This document shows positions 1-7,646 of a stretch of DNA of 43,718 bases, one piece after another (positions within the stretch are counted from its first letter, which is position 1; every line of letters starts with the position of its first letter). A model generated the notes under the pieces. It did no database searches and was not told the origin of the DNA. It saw only the letters and a program-made list of their open reading frames with translations. Source of the DNA: an uncultured bacterium (GTDB lineage: Bacteria > Eisenbacteria > RBG-16-71-46 > JABDJR01 > JAWXBZ01). The translations under genes were made by a program, and so were the position numbers. The DNA is taken from positions 1-43,718 of the forward strand of contig CAZQVN010000008.1 of the NCBI GenBank assembly GCA_964596775.1, given 5' to 3'.

Positions 1-48
1 GTGTGTTGAATGCCGCTTATCTTTCAATGAAATGAAGGGGGTGACGCA

Positions 49-117
49 GTGAACGCAATTTTCGTGATTCTGCTGGCTGTTCTGGCGATGGCTGCTGAGG
101 GAAAGGCCGGCTGGTAA
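49..117 (+). CDS. Candidate small hydrophobic peptide (22 aa, MNAIFVILLAVLAMAAEGKAGW), possible single-TM proteolipid
   Basis: GTG at 49 is preceded by SD AAGGGGG (35-41) with an 8-nt spacer. The peptide is a single hydrophobic helix with a polar tail, and a TAA stop lies at 115-117. A hairpin follows. It is below the ORF-track size cutoff and sits at the window edge, so upstream context is unseen. Confidence 0.3.
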   Translation: MNAIFVILLAVLAMAAEGKAGW

Positions 118-140
118 ACACTTTGCCGGTTGAACTGAGG

Positions 141-182
141 CTCGACGGGCACTCCGGAAGGGTGACCCGTCGAGTTGTCTTG
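141..182 (+). terminator. Stem-loop CTCGACGGG-N16-CCCGTCGAG followed by TTGTCTTG, a possible weak intrinsic terminator for the small ORF
   Basis: A 9-bp perfect stem (141-149 and 166-174) is followed by a moderately U-rich tract. Confidence 0.3.
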
Positions 183-227
183 ACATACCTGGGCCCGCGG
201 TCTCAATCCGCGCACTTCAAGAAAGCC

Positions 228-257
228 TTGTTCAGGACAACCAAGTGGAGATATAAT
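228..257 (+). promoter_or_regulatory. Candidate sigma70 promoter (-35 TTGTTC, 18-nt spacer, -10 TATAAT) upstream of the sigma54-activator gene
   Basis: TATAAT lies at 252-257 and TTGTTC at 228-233. It sits in a local AT-rich stretch (240-300) about 75 nt upstream of the start at 335. Confidence 0.35.
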
Positions 258-334
258 CTCTGGTACATTCATATCGTCATTATTTCCAATAACTTATAGA
301 GCGGGGGGCTGTTCTGGGTTCTGAGAAGGAGTCC

Positions 335-1972
335 TTGCCAGAATCGTCATCGGACGATTCCCCTGACGATTTTTTTGACACTGCTGAAGCAGAGCTTCAA
401 GTTACCGAGCGTGAGGTTCTGCTCAGAACCAGGTCGGAACTTGAAGAAAAGCTCAGGGCCCAGACCGAATCACGTTCTCGACTTGAATTGCTTCTGGATG
501 TATCACGATCGATCAACTCGGTTCTCAGCCTCTCCGCGGTTCTGGGCAGGGTCATGGACTCTGTCCTGGACATTTCCGGGGCACAGCGCGGCTTTCTGGT
601 CCTTCTGGACGAGAACGGACAACATCACCTCGAGATATCGAAGAATCTGGAAGATCAGGATTCCACGGCCGAGGAAACATTTCGGATCAGCCAGACGATC
701 CTCAAGCAGGCGATTGAAAGCGGTCGCACGATCTGGGTTTCGGATGCGCTCAGCAATCCGTCCTTCACGAACTTCCAGAGCGTCCGGGACCTCTCCCTGC
801 GGACCGTGATCTGCCTGCCCCTCAAGATCGACGAGAAGATCCTCGGAGCCATATACCTCGACAGCCGGGCTGTTACCACGCTTGTTACGGGCGATGGTCT
901 GGGAATCCTGGAGGCGTTCGCCTCGCAGGCGGCGGTGGCCATCTCCAACGCACGAGCTCACGACAAGCTGAAGTCCTTCCAGACCCGGCTTGAGCTTGAG
1001 AACCGAAGCCTGAAGCGTGTCCTTCGATCGGAATTCAACTTCGATTCGCTCCTCGGCAAGAGTCCGGCGATGCAAAAGGTCTTCGATGTCCTGGAAAAAG
1101 TCGTCGACAATCCGGTGACCGTGCTGATTCAGGGCGAGACCGGAACCGGCAAGGAACTGGTTGCCCGCGCGATTCACAATTCCGGCCCGCGCAGGACCCA
1201 GAGTTTCATCGCCATCAACTGTGGAGCACTTCCGGAGTCGCTTCTTGAAAGCGAATTGTTCGGATACCGTCGTGGAGCCTTTACCGGAGCCAACGATGAC
1301 CGTGTCGGCCTGTTCGAGGCCGCCGGGGGCGGAACCCTGTTCCTCGACGAAATCGGGGAGCTGTCGCAGTCGTTGCAGGTTAAATTGCTTCGGGTGCTGC
1401 AGGAGGGCGAAGTCCGGCGGCTCGGATCCACGGAATCGAGAAAAATTGATGTGCGACTTCTTGCGGCGACAAACAGGAACCTCGCCGATGAAGTAGAGGC
1501 GGGTCGCTTCCGGCAGGACCTTTTCTATCGGCTGAACGTCGTCTCCATCACCATGCCACCACTGAGAGACCGCCAGGACGATCTGTTGCTGCTCGCCGAG
1601 CACTTTCTCAAGAAGTGCGGCGAGCGAATGAAGAGATCCGGGTTCTTCCTGACACCAGAGGCAAGGAGTTGTCTGCTGGCCCATTCATGGCCCGGGAATG
1701 TCCGGGAACTGGAGAACTCGATCGAACGTGCCTGCGCGCTGACGAGCGGAGACTCCATAACTCCGGAACATCTTGTTCCCTCGGCTCCTGCCGTGACTCC
1801 CGGGGAGGATGCGGCGAAGCTGAAGCAGGTCCTTCTCCGTGCGGAGAAGATCACGATCGAGGCAGCCCTCAGGCGAACCGCCTGGAATATCTCGAAGGCG
1901 GCTGCGGCGCTTGGAGTCAGTCGCCAGCATCTCCACAATCGGATCAAGAAACTGGACATCGAGACCCGCTGA
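335..1972 (+). CDS. Sigma54-dependent transcriptional activator (bEBP) with N-terminal GAF sensor and C-terminal Fis-type HTH
   Basis: Walker A GETGTGKE, the GAFTGA sigma54-contact motif (ESELFGYRRGAFTGA), a GAF-like N-terminal domain, and a C-terminal HTH (NISKAAAALGVSRQHLHNRIKKL). TTG start with AGGAG immediately upstream. Confidence 0.9.
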   Translation: MPESSSDDSPDDFFDTAEAELQVTEREVLLRTRSELEEKLRAQTESRSRLELLLDVSRSINSVLSLSAVLGRVMDSVLDISGAQRGFLVLLDENGQHHLEISKNLEDQDSTAEETFRISQTILKQAIESGRTIWVSDALSNPSFTNFQSVRDLSLRTVICLPLKIDEKILGAIYLDSRAVTTLVTGDGLGILEAFASQAAVAISNARAHDKLKSFQTRLELENRSLKRVLRSEFNFDSLLGKSPAMQKVFDVLEKVVDNPVTVLIQGETGTGKELVARAIHNSGPRRTQSFIAINCGALPESLLESELFGYRRGAFTGANDDRVGLFEAAGGGTLFLDEIGELSQSLQVKLLRVLQEGEVRRLGSTESRKIDVRLLAATNRNLADEVEAGRFRQDLFYRLNVVSITMPPLRDRQDDLLLLAEHFLKKCGERMKRSGFFLTPEARSCLLAHSWPGNVRELENSIERACALTSGDSITPEHLVPSAPAVTPGEDAAKLKQVLLRAEKITIEAALRRTAWNISKAAAALGVSRQHLHNRIKKLDIETR

Positions 1973-2029
1973 AACCAGGGTTCACTCGCCGTTCCAGCCG
2001 GCTCCAGAAGTCATGAACAGGCCAGGCAG

Positions 2030-2065
2030 AAAAAAAGCGCCCCGGGAAATCCCGGGGCGCTTTCG
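2030..2065. terminator. Strong GC hairpin terminator (10-bp stem GCGCCCCGGG / CCCGGGGCGC, loop AAAT) between convergent genes
   Basis: The stem occupies 2037-2046 and 2051-2060. A 7-nt A-run (2030-2036) gives a U-tract on the minus-strand transcript (gene 2084-2755). TTTCG follows on the plus strand, so that side is weaker. Confidence 0.7.
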
Positions 2066-2083
2066 ATGTGTCCTGGAAAGTTC

Positions 2084-2755
2084 TTAGTTGTTGTAGAGCG
2101 ACTTGATGGCGCCCCACGTGGAGTTCTGGACCGGTGTCGGAGCACCGCACGGGTTGTAACCACCCTGGCCCGCAAAACCCGCAACACCCAAGTGCGACGG
2201 GAATGCCAGCGTCAGATCATCTTCACGAGCGGAGCAGTCGGCCACCTTGGCGAATCCCGAGTTCGGACGGGGCGTAACGCTCATCGTCGACGGGCCGTAG
2301 GCGCCCATGTAGAAGTAACCGGCCACGGCGATGACGGTGTAGCGCGTGCCTTCGGTGTTCGTGTTCTGGCAGGCATTCCAGGTGACGAGGTTTCCGCCAC
2401 CGCTGTTCGGCCAGCCGGTCGAGGGGAATTCGAGGGTGGCGCAGAGGTTCCAGTTATAGACCTGGATCGTCGGATTCTGGTACTGGATTCCGCACTCAAC
2501 GCCCTTGATACCGGTGGAGTCGGAGGCGTTACAAACCAGGAGATAGGTGTAGTAGAACCTTCCGGGACTGGACGAGGGCTCCTGATAGTTGATCGTGTTG
2601 GCCTTCAGGCCGGGCAGGCTGCACGCATTCTTTGATGTGACGCTGCCGACGTGCAGGGCAATACCGGCCTGGGAGTTGTCGAACGCGGACGCGTTGCCGG
2701 CCAGCGCGACGGCCAGAACCGACCCCATGACTACAGTCGAAAGAAAACGCTTCAT
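2084..2755 (-). CDS. Secreted Cys-rich protein of unknown family, paralog A (223 aa, Sec signal peptide)
   Basis: Signal peptide MKRFLSTVVMGSVLAVALAGNASA and SD AAGGAGG 9 nt before the ATG. About 45% identical to the 3104-3760 product: six conserved Cys and shared motifs HVGxVTxKNAC, WNLCAxLEF, GYFYxG, VADCxA and YNPC, plus a C-terminal KSLYNN. A dedicated promoter and terminator flank the gene. Confidence 0.75.
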   Translation of the reverse strand: MKRFLSTVVMGSVLAVALAGNASAFDNSQAGIALHVGSVTSKNACSLPGLKANTINYQEPSSSPGRFYYTYLLVCNASDSTGIKGVECGIQYQNPTIQVYNWNLCATLEFPSTGWPNSGGGNLVTWNACQNTNTEGTRYTVIAVAGYFYMGAYGPSTMSVTPRPNSGFAKVADCSAREDDLTLAFPSHLGVAGFAGQGGYNPCGAPTPVQNSTWGAIKSLYNN

Positions 2756-2930
2756 TACTTGTTACCTCCTTAGCGAACGACAGGCAGTGTTGTGGTGTTG
2801 GCAGGTGACGGTTGTCAACTCGGGGAAGGTAACAACCCGGTCACGGTAGTAACCGATCGTGGTTGTCGTATCACCTCCTAGTGTAGAGTCACGTTGCGGC
2901 TTTTGGGTGAGTCGCTAAAATACACTGGAA

Positions 2931-2959
2931 ATTATAAAAGCGGCCTATCCTCAAGTCAA
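2931..2959 (-). promoter_or_regulatory. Near-consensus sigma70 promoter for gene 2084-2755 (-35 TTGACT, 17-nt spacer, -10 TATAAT)
   Basis: On the minus strand, TTGACT is the reverse complement of 2954-2959 and TATAAT the reverse complement of 2931-2936. The implied 5' leader is about 170 nt. Confidence 0.55.
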
Positions 2960-3047
2960 TGATTAACTTCCCCGGAGTCAATGGATACAATTTATTACAA
3001 GTCATGCACTTATCCATGCTGTTCGGTGCCTGGACGGACGGTCCGGA

Positions 3048-3078
3048 ACAAAAAAAGAGCCCTCTTTCGAGGGCTCTC
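3048..3078 (-). terminator. Intrinsic terminator for gene 3104-3760 (stem GAGCCCTC / GAGGGCTC followed by a U-run on the minus strand)
   Basis: An 8-bp stem (3057-3064 and 3069-3076) lies next to A(9) at 3048-3056, which is a U-tract on the minus-strand RNA. Confidence 0.65.
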
Positions 3079-3103
3079 TGACTTCTTGCCTGTAGGGTAA
3101 AAC

Positions 3104-3760
3104 CTAGTTGAACAACGACTTAACGCCACTCCACGTCGTTGTTTCCACCGGGACGATATTCTGGCAGGGATTGTATCCCGAACCGGTCCCGAAATCCGCA
3201 TAACCCAGAGGCGAGGGTGCCTGCGCCGTCAGGTTTTCCTCCGCAGCGTTGCAGTCCGCAACTTTCGACGATCCATCCACGGGGCGAGGAATCAGCGAAA
3301 GGCGGTCCGGAGTATAGACACCGAGGTAGAAGTATCCGGCTACGGTCGTCTTCGGTCCGAGCTGGCAGTTCCCCGCCTTGTCCCATGTGATGAGCGTTCC
3401 GGTGTTGGACGAAAAGGGCCATCCGGCCATGGCAAATTCGAGATTGGCGCACAGATTCCATCCGAAGATGTCGATGCCGGCATTGCTGGCATCGTTGTAT
3501 GTGATGCCGGCCTGCATACCCGCCACACCGACGGAATCGGACTGGTTGGCTACGCAGAGATAGACGTTGTAGGCGCTGCCGACCGAGCCGGTCACTACTG
3601 CATTGCGGCAGTCGACCGGAACCGAGGTACAGGCATTCTTGGTGGTCACGGCGCCGACGTGAAGCAGAATCTTGGCGCTGGCGTTTTCCCCGGCGTGGGC
3701 ACCGGATGCCAGGCCGAGGCACAGGCCCGCGGCAATGAGGGAACGATAGACGAGTTTCAT
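3104..3760 (-). CDS. Secreted Cys-rich protein of unknown family, paralog B (218 aa)
   Basis: The signal peptide MKLVYRSLIAAGLCLGLASGAHA begins at the internal ATG (3760), which has SD AAGGAG 8 nt upstream. The ORF-track start at 3790 is an upstream GTG with no SD. Paralogous to 2084-2755. Confidence 0.75.
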   Translation of the reverse strand: MKLVYRSLIAAGLCLGLASGAHAGENASAKILLHVGAVTTKNACTSVPVDCRNAVVTGSVGSAYNVYLCVANQSDSVGVAGMQAGITYNDASNAGIDIFGWNLCANLEFAMAGWPFSSNTGTLITWDKAGNCQLGPKTTVAGYFYLGVYTPDRLSLIPRPVDGSSKVADCNAAEENLTAQAPSPLGYADFGTGSGYNPCQNIVPVETTTWSGVKSLFN

Positions 3761-3976
3761 GGACGAGCTCCTTGGGGCTGGGGGAACCACGCCGGTCGAT
3801 CGACCGGCCGATAATCCGCTGCGGCCACCACCCGGTCACCGCGATATCCTCTTATCGGCCGTACTGCCCCCCGGCTTTAAGACAGATGAGCCACCTTTCC
3901 GACTACCCTGCGGTCGTTTATACTTCCGGCTTCTTCATGTCGTTCTTGAACTTCGCCGGTTTCAGGGGAACCCAAA

Positions 3977-5407
3977 ATGGCCAAAAATATCACTCCCCGG
4001 AGTGAGGATTACTCACGCTGGTACACGGATATCATTGCCCAGGCACAGCTTGCGGATTACGCCCCCGTCAAGGGCTGCATGGTCATCCGCCCCCACGGAT
4101 TCGCCCTGTGGGAGCAGATGCAGGCCGTGCTGGACCGGATGTTCAAGGAAACCGGGCATGAGAACGCCTACTTTCCGATGCTGATTCCGGAGTCCTTTCT
4201 CAAGAAGGAAGCGGAACACGTGGAGGGGTTCTCCCCGGAACTGGCCGTTGTGACCCACGCCGGCGGCAAGCCACTGGAAGAACCCCTTGTCATCCGGCCG
4301 ACGTCGGAAACGATCATCTGGAGCACCTATCGGAACTGGATCCAGTCCTATCGGGACCTCCCGCTGCTGATCAACCAGTGGGCGAACGTGGTTCGCTGGG
4401 AACTGCGGACCCGCCTGTTTCTTCGCACGACCGAGTTTCTCTGGCAGGAAGGACACACAGCTCATGCCACGAAAGAGGAGGCGCACGAGGAAACACTGCG
4501 CATGTTGAACGTCTATGCCCGCTTTGCCGAGGAATACATGGCGATGCCGGTCCTCAGGGGACCGAAGTCGCCCGCGGAAAAGTTTGCCGGCGCGGAGACA
4601 ACGTACTCGATCGAAGCCATGATGCAGGACCGCAAGGCGCTTCAGGCCGGCACCTCACATGATCTTGGCCAGAACTTCGCGAAGGCGTTCGACGTGACGT
4701 TCCAGAACGCGGAAGGAACCCGTGACTTCGTGTGGGCAACCAGCTGGGGCGTATCGACACGGCTCGTCGGCGCCTTGATCATGTGCCACAGCGACGACGA
4801 CGGACTCGTTCTCCCGCCGAAACTGGCCCCGATTCAGTGCGTGATCGTTCCGATCTGGATGAAGGAGCCGGACCGGGAGCGGATTTCGGAGGAGGGCGCG
4901 CGGATCGAAGCGGAACTCTCCGGGACCTTCCGAACGAAGCTGGATGCGCGCGCACATCACAAGCCGGGCTGGAAGTTCGCGGAGTGGGAGCTTCGCGGCG
5001 TCCCCGTGCGCGTCGAACTCGGGCCCAGGGATCTCGAGAACGGCCAGGTGACGGTCGTCCGCCGCGATACGAAGGAAAAGGAATCCATTCCGCGCGCAGC
5101 CGTGGCCGGCAGGGTCGCGGAGCTGATGGACGAGATCCAGAAGTCGCTGTTTTCCCGGGCCCTGGAATTCCGCGAGGCGAACAGTCACCGCCTGGACAGT
5201 TACGACGAGTTCAGGGTCCGGATCGAGGAGCCGGGCGGGTTCTTCTGGATGCCGTGGTGCGGATCAGGCGACTGCGAGGCGCGTGTCAAGAACGAGACGA
5301 AGGCCACGATCCGCTGCATGCCCGACGACACGCCGGAGGAATCCGGCAAGTGTGTCGTTTGCGGCGGCGCGTCGCGCCGTCGTGTCGTCTGGGCCAAGGC
5401 CTATTAG
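3977..5407 (+). CDS. proS: Prolyl-tRNA synthetase, eukaryote/archaeal-like class II type with C-terminal zinc-binding domain
   Basis: 476 aa with an N-terminus [47 protein letters not shown] typical of this ProRS type. A C-terminal CxxC pair (CVVCGG) is present, and SD AGGGGA lies 9 nt upstream. Confidence 0.9.
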   Translation: MAKNITPRSEDYSRWYTDIIAQAQLADYAPVKGCMVIRPHGFALWEQMQAVLDRMFKETGHENAYFPMLIPESFLKKEAEHVEGFSPELAVVTHAGGKPLEEPLVIRPTSETIIWSTYRNWIQSYRDLPLLINQWANVVRWELRTRLFLRTTEFLWQEGHTAHATKEEAHEETLRMLNVYARFAEEYMAMPVLRGPKSPAEKFAGAETTYSIEAMMQDRKALQAGTSHDLGQNFAKAFDVTFQNAEGTRDFVWATSWGVSTRLVGALIMCHSDDDGLVLPPKLAPIQCVIVPIWMKEPDRERISEEGARIEAELSGTFRTKLDARAHHKPGWKFAEWELRGVPVRVELGPRDLENGQVTVVRRDTKEKESIPRAAVAGRVAELMDEIQKSLFSRALEFREANSHRLDSYDEFRVRIEEPGGFFWMPWCGSGDCEARVKNETKATIRCMPDDTPEESGKCVVCGGASRRRVVWAKAY

Positions 5408-5528
5408 ACAAACGATCGGGACAGCCGAGGGGACGATCCTGGGCGCTCAGTTCGGGCACACTGGTGAACGTGGTGCCGGGCAAGGATGACCACGGAACAG
5501 CGCCTTGGCCGCGGCGGTGAACTGCCGT

Positions 5529-7646
5529 TCAGGGAACGATCTGCTGGCGCCGAACCATCTCCATGATGCGCTGTGCTTCTGCTGAGGCGTTCGTGCGCAG
5601 CAGCATGGCCTCCGCTTCCTTGAAGCGGCCCATCCGACCGAGCAGCCGACCGTAGAAGAAGTACCACTCCGCCTGGTGCGGCTCGAGTTCGAGCGCCTTC
5701 TTGTAGGCGCGTTCCGCGTCCTCCTGGCGTCGGGCCTGTTCGAGGGCCCACCCCAGAAGAAGGTAGCTGCGACCGTAGCCGGGGTCGGTCTTGATGGCCT
5801 GGGCGAACTTCTGGATGGATTCGGCTACCTTGAGCTCACGAAGGAGAAGAATGCCCTCCTGAATGTAGCTTTCGGCAAGCCGCTTCGTGGCTTCGTCTCC
5901 GGAGAGCCGGGTCAATGTATATTGCTTCGCGTCGTCGACCTGGAGAAGAAAAGGAGTGCGCTCCGGCATTCGATCCATGAGTTCGCGATCCTTCAGGGCA
6001 CCCTGGTCGGTGGCATACACGACTCTCATTTCGTGATCCGGAACATTGTTCGGCGCTGAGTGCACCCAGGAATCGAACGGGGGTTTCTGGAGGGTGCCGA
6101 CAAACACGAGCAGTTTTCTGTCCGCCTCCTTTTCGACGAGCCGGTACGGAGCGGCAATTCTGTCCGTGAGCTGGCGCAGTTCCCCGATCTGGATCCGCCC
6201 GAAAAGTCCCCAGCCGAGAAAGCAGAAGCAAATGACGAGAGCCGGAGCCAGCGCCGAGACTCCGGGCCTCTGGCCCGATGCGACCCTTCGGTCGAGTGCC
6301 GCGACTCCCGCGACGGTGAGGATCGTGAGAATCGGGAGCAGTTCATAGTACTTGACGGGCCCCGTGTCGCTCACGCCGATGGAAAAGTAGAACACACTGC
6401 CGGCCGCAACGGCGATCAGCGTGGCCCACAGGGGAGTGAGACGCGAATCGCGCGCCCAGAGCAGCGCGGCAATCACGAAAATCCATCCAAGCGGCCAACC
6501 CCATGTCCAGAAGTTGAGGCGAACCGCGATCATTCCGATGTTGATCAGGCCGTCCAGCGGCGTATGGCTGATTTTTCCGGGAAGGATTTCGCCGAAACCG
6601 AGCACGCGCCCACTCTCCGGCTGGACTTCACTGTATCCGGTTTGAAAGGGGTTGCCGGTCAGCACCGCGTTGTATCCGAGGAATGCGCCGAGAAAGAACG
6701 AGCCGGCTCCCATGGCGGCGATCCATGGACGCAGGGGCGATCGGCTGCGGACGGCTTGCCATGCCCAGAGGATCATGATCGGCGCGCCGATCAGCACTGC
6801 CGTGTAGGGGCGCGTGAGAAAAGCGAATCCGAGCCCCGCTCCGGCTATCAAGGCATCCCCGGCAGACGCGCTGTTCCGGGCTTTCAGCGCGAACAGGCCG
6901 AACACCTGAAGGGCGGCCAGGCAGGTCATGTGCGACAGCAGTGTGCCGCCGGTCAGGAGAAAAAACGGGGAGGCGAGAAGCAGCAAGGTTGCACAGCGGG
7001 CCGATCGCCGGGAAAAGAAGTGAAGGGCGATTTGATAGAAGAGGAACAGATTCAGGGCGGCGAGCAGGGCGGGAACGGCGCGCGGAAAACCCGCGGCGAT
7101 CCCGGGCACGAGAGCCAGCGGGTGCCCGGGAGGATACTTTCCGTACCACTTGTCCCTGTTGATGATGAACGTGTTGTTGAAGAACTCCGGCACCCCCGGA
7201 TAGGGAAGCTCGTAGAGCCGGCCGCGCGAGAGTATTTCGGCCTGGAACAAATAGACGCGTTCGTCGTCCGTGACCGGCTGGTCACGCAGAACCCAGAGGC
7301 CTGCGGCGAGCACAAGAACTGCTCCGGTCACCGATACCATGGTGAGAAAGGCGCGGTCGGAGGGCGCTTCGATCGACGCGCCAAGCGACTCGAACGGCCG
7401 GCGCCCCAGCAGAAAGGCGATCCCGGATCCGAGGAGAAGCCCCGCCGGAAGAATCAGCGCCAGATACTTGACGTAGAAGGAGGCTTCGCCGGCCGGCAGT
7501 CTCTTGAGGAAGGGAAACCCGTACTCGCGGAGATTGGGAAAACCACCCTGGATTTCGAGCCAGACAAAGAAAGCCACGGCGCCAAGACCCAGAAGAATGA
7601 GCCCCAGGCCCGCGCCGGGATTGCGGTCTTTATGTCCTTTAGTCAT
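5529..7646 (-). CDS. Polytopic GT-C-fold membrane glycosyltransferase-like protein (PMT/GT39- or TMEM260/DUF2723-like) with C-terminal TPR repeats
   Basis: It has roughly 11 predicted TM helices and a loop motif YGKYPPGHPLAL resembling the PMT HPPLGK loop. The C-terminal ~150 aa are TPR-like. Its start overlaps the upstream paralog stop by 8 nt. Confidence 0.7.
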   Translation of the reverse strand: MTKGHKDRNPGAGLGLILLGLGAVAFFVWLEIQGGFPNLREYGFPFLKRLPAGEASFYVKYLALILPAGLLLGSGIAFLLGRRPFESLGASIEAPSDRAFLTMVSVTGAVLVLAAGLWVLRDQPVTDDERVYLFQAEILSRGRLYELPYPGVPEFFNNTFIINRDKWYGKYPPGHPLALVPGIAAGFPRAVPALLAALNLFLFYQIALHFFSRRSARCATLLLLASPFFLLTGGTLLSHMTCLAALQVFGLFALKARNSASAGDALIAGAGLGFAFLTRPYTAVLIGAPIMILWAWQAVRSRSPLRPWIAAMGAGSFFLGAFLGYNAVLTGNPFQTGYSEVQPESGRVLGFGEILPGKISHTPLDGLINIGMIAVRLNFWTWGWPLGWIFVIAALLWARDSRLTPLWATLIAVAAGSVFYFSIGVSDTGPVKYYELLPILTILTVAGVAALDRRVASGQRPGVSALAPALVICFCFLGWGLFGRIQIGELRQLTDRIAAPYRLVEKEADRKLLVFVGTLQKPPFDSWVHSAPNNVPDHEMRVVYATDQGALKDRELMDRMPERTPFLLQVDDAKQYTLTRLSGDEATKRLAESYIQEGILLLRELKVAESIQKFAQAIKTDPGYGRSYLLLGWALEQARRQEDAERAYKKALELEPHQAEWYFFYGRLLGRMGRFKEAEAMLLRTNASAEAQRIMEMVRRQQIVP

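Noticed and set aside
24-272. 82-aa minus-strand ORF spanning the micro-ORF and the AT-rich promoter region
   Set aside because: It crosses an obvious promoter and terminator-like hairpin, has no SD, and has an odd composition. It is likely non-coding.
503-1684. 393-aa minus-strand ORF antisense to the sigma54 activator gene
   Set aside because: Arg/Gly/Pro-rich, low-complexity translation typical of antisense frames in high-GC DNA. It fully overlaps a gene with unambiguous motifs.
2756-3976. Sigma54 (-24 GG / -12 GC) promoter upstream of the two secreted-protein genes, expected because of the adjacent sigma54 activator
   Set aside because: No TGGCAC-N5-TTGC-like element was found by eye on the minus strand. 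The only partial match (TGGCTC-N5-TCTT) lacks the -12 GC. Sigma70-type elements fit better. A sigma54 site could still exist for a target outside the window.
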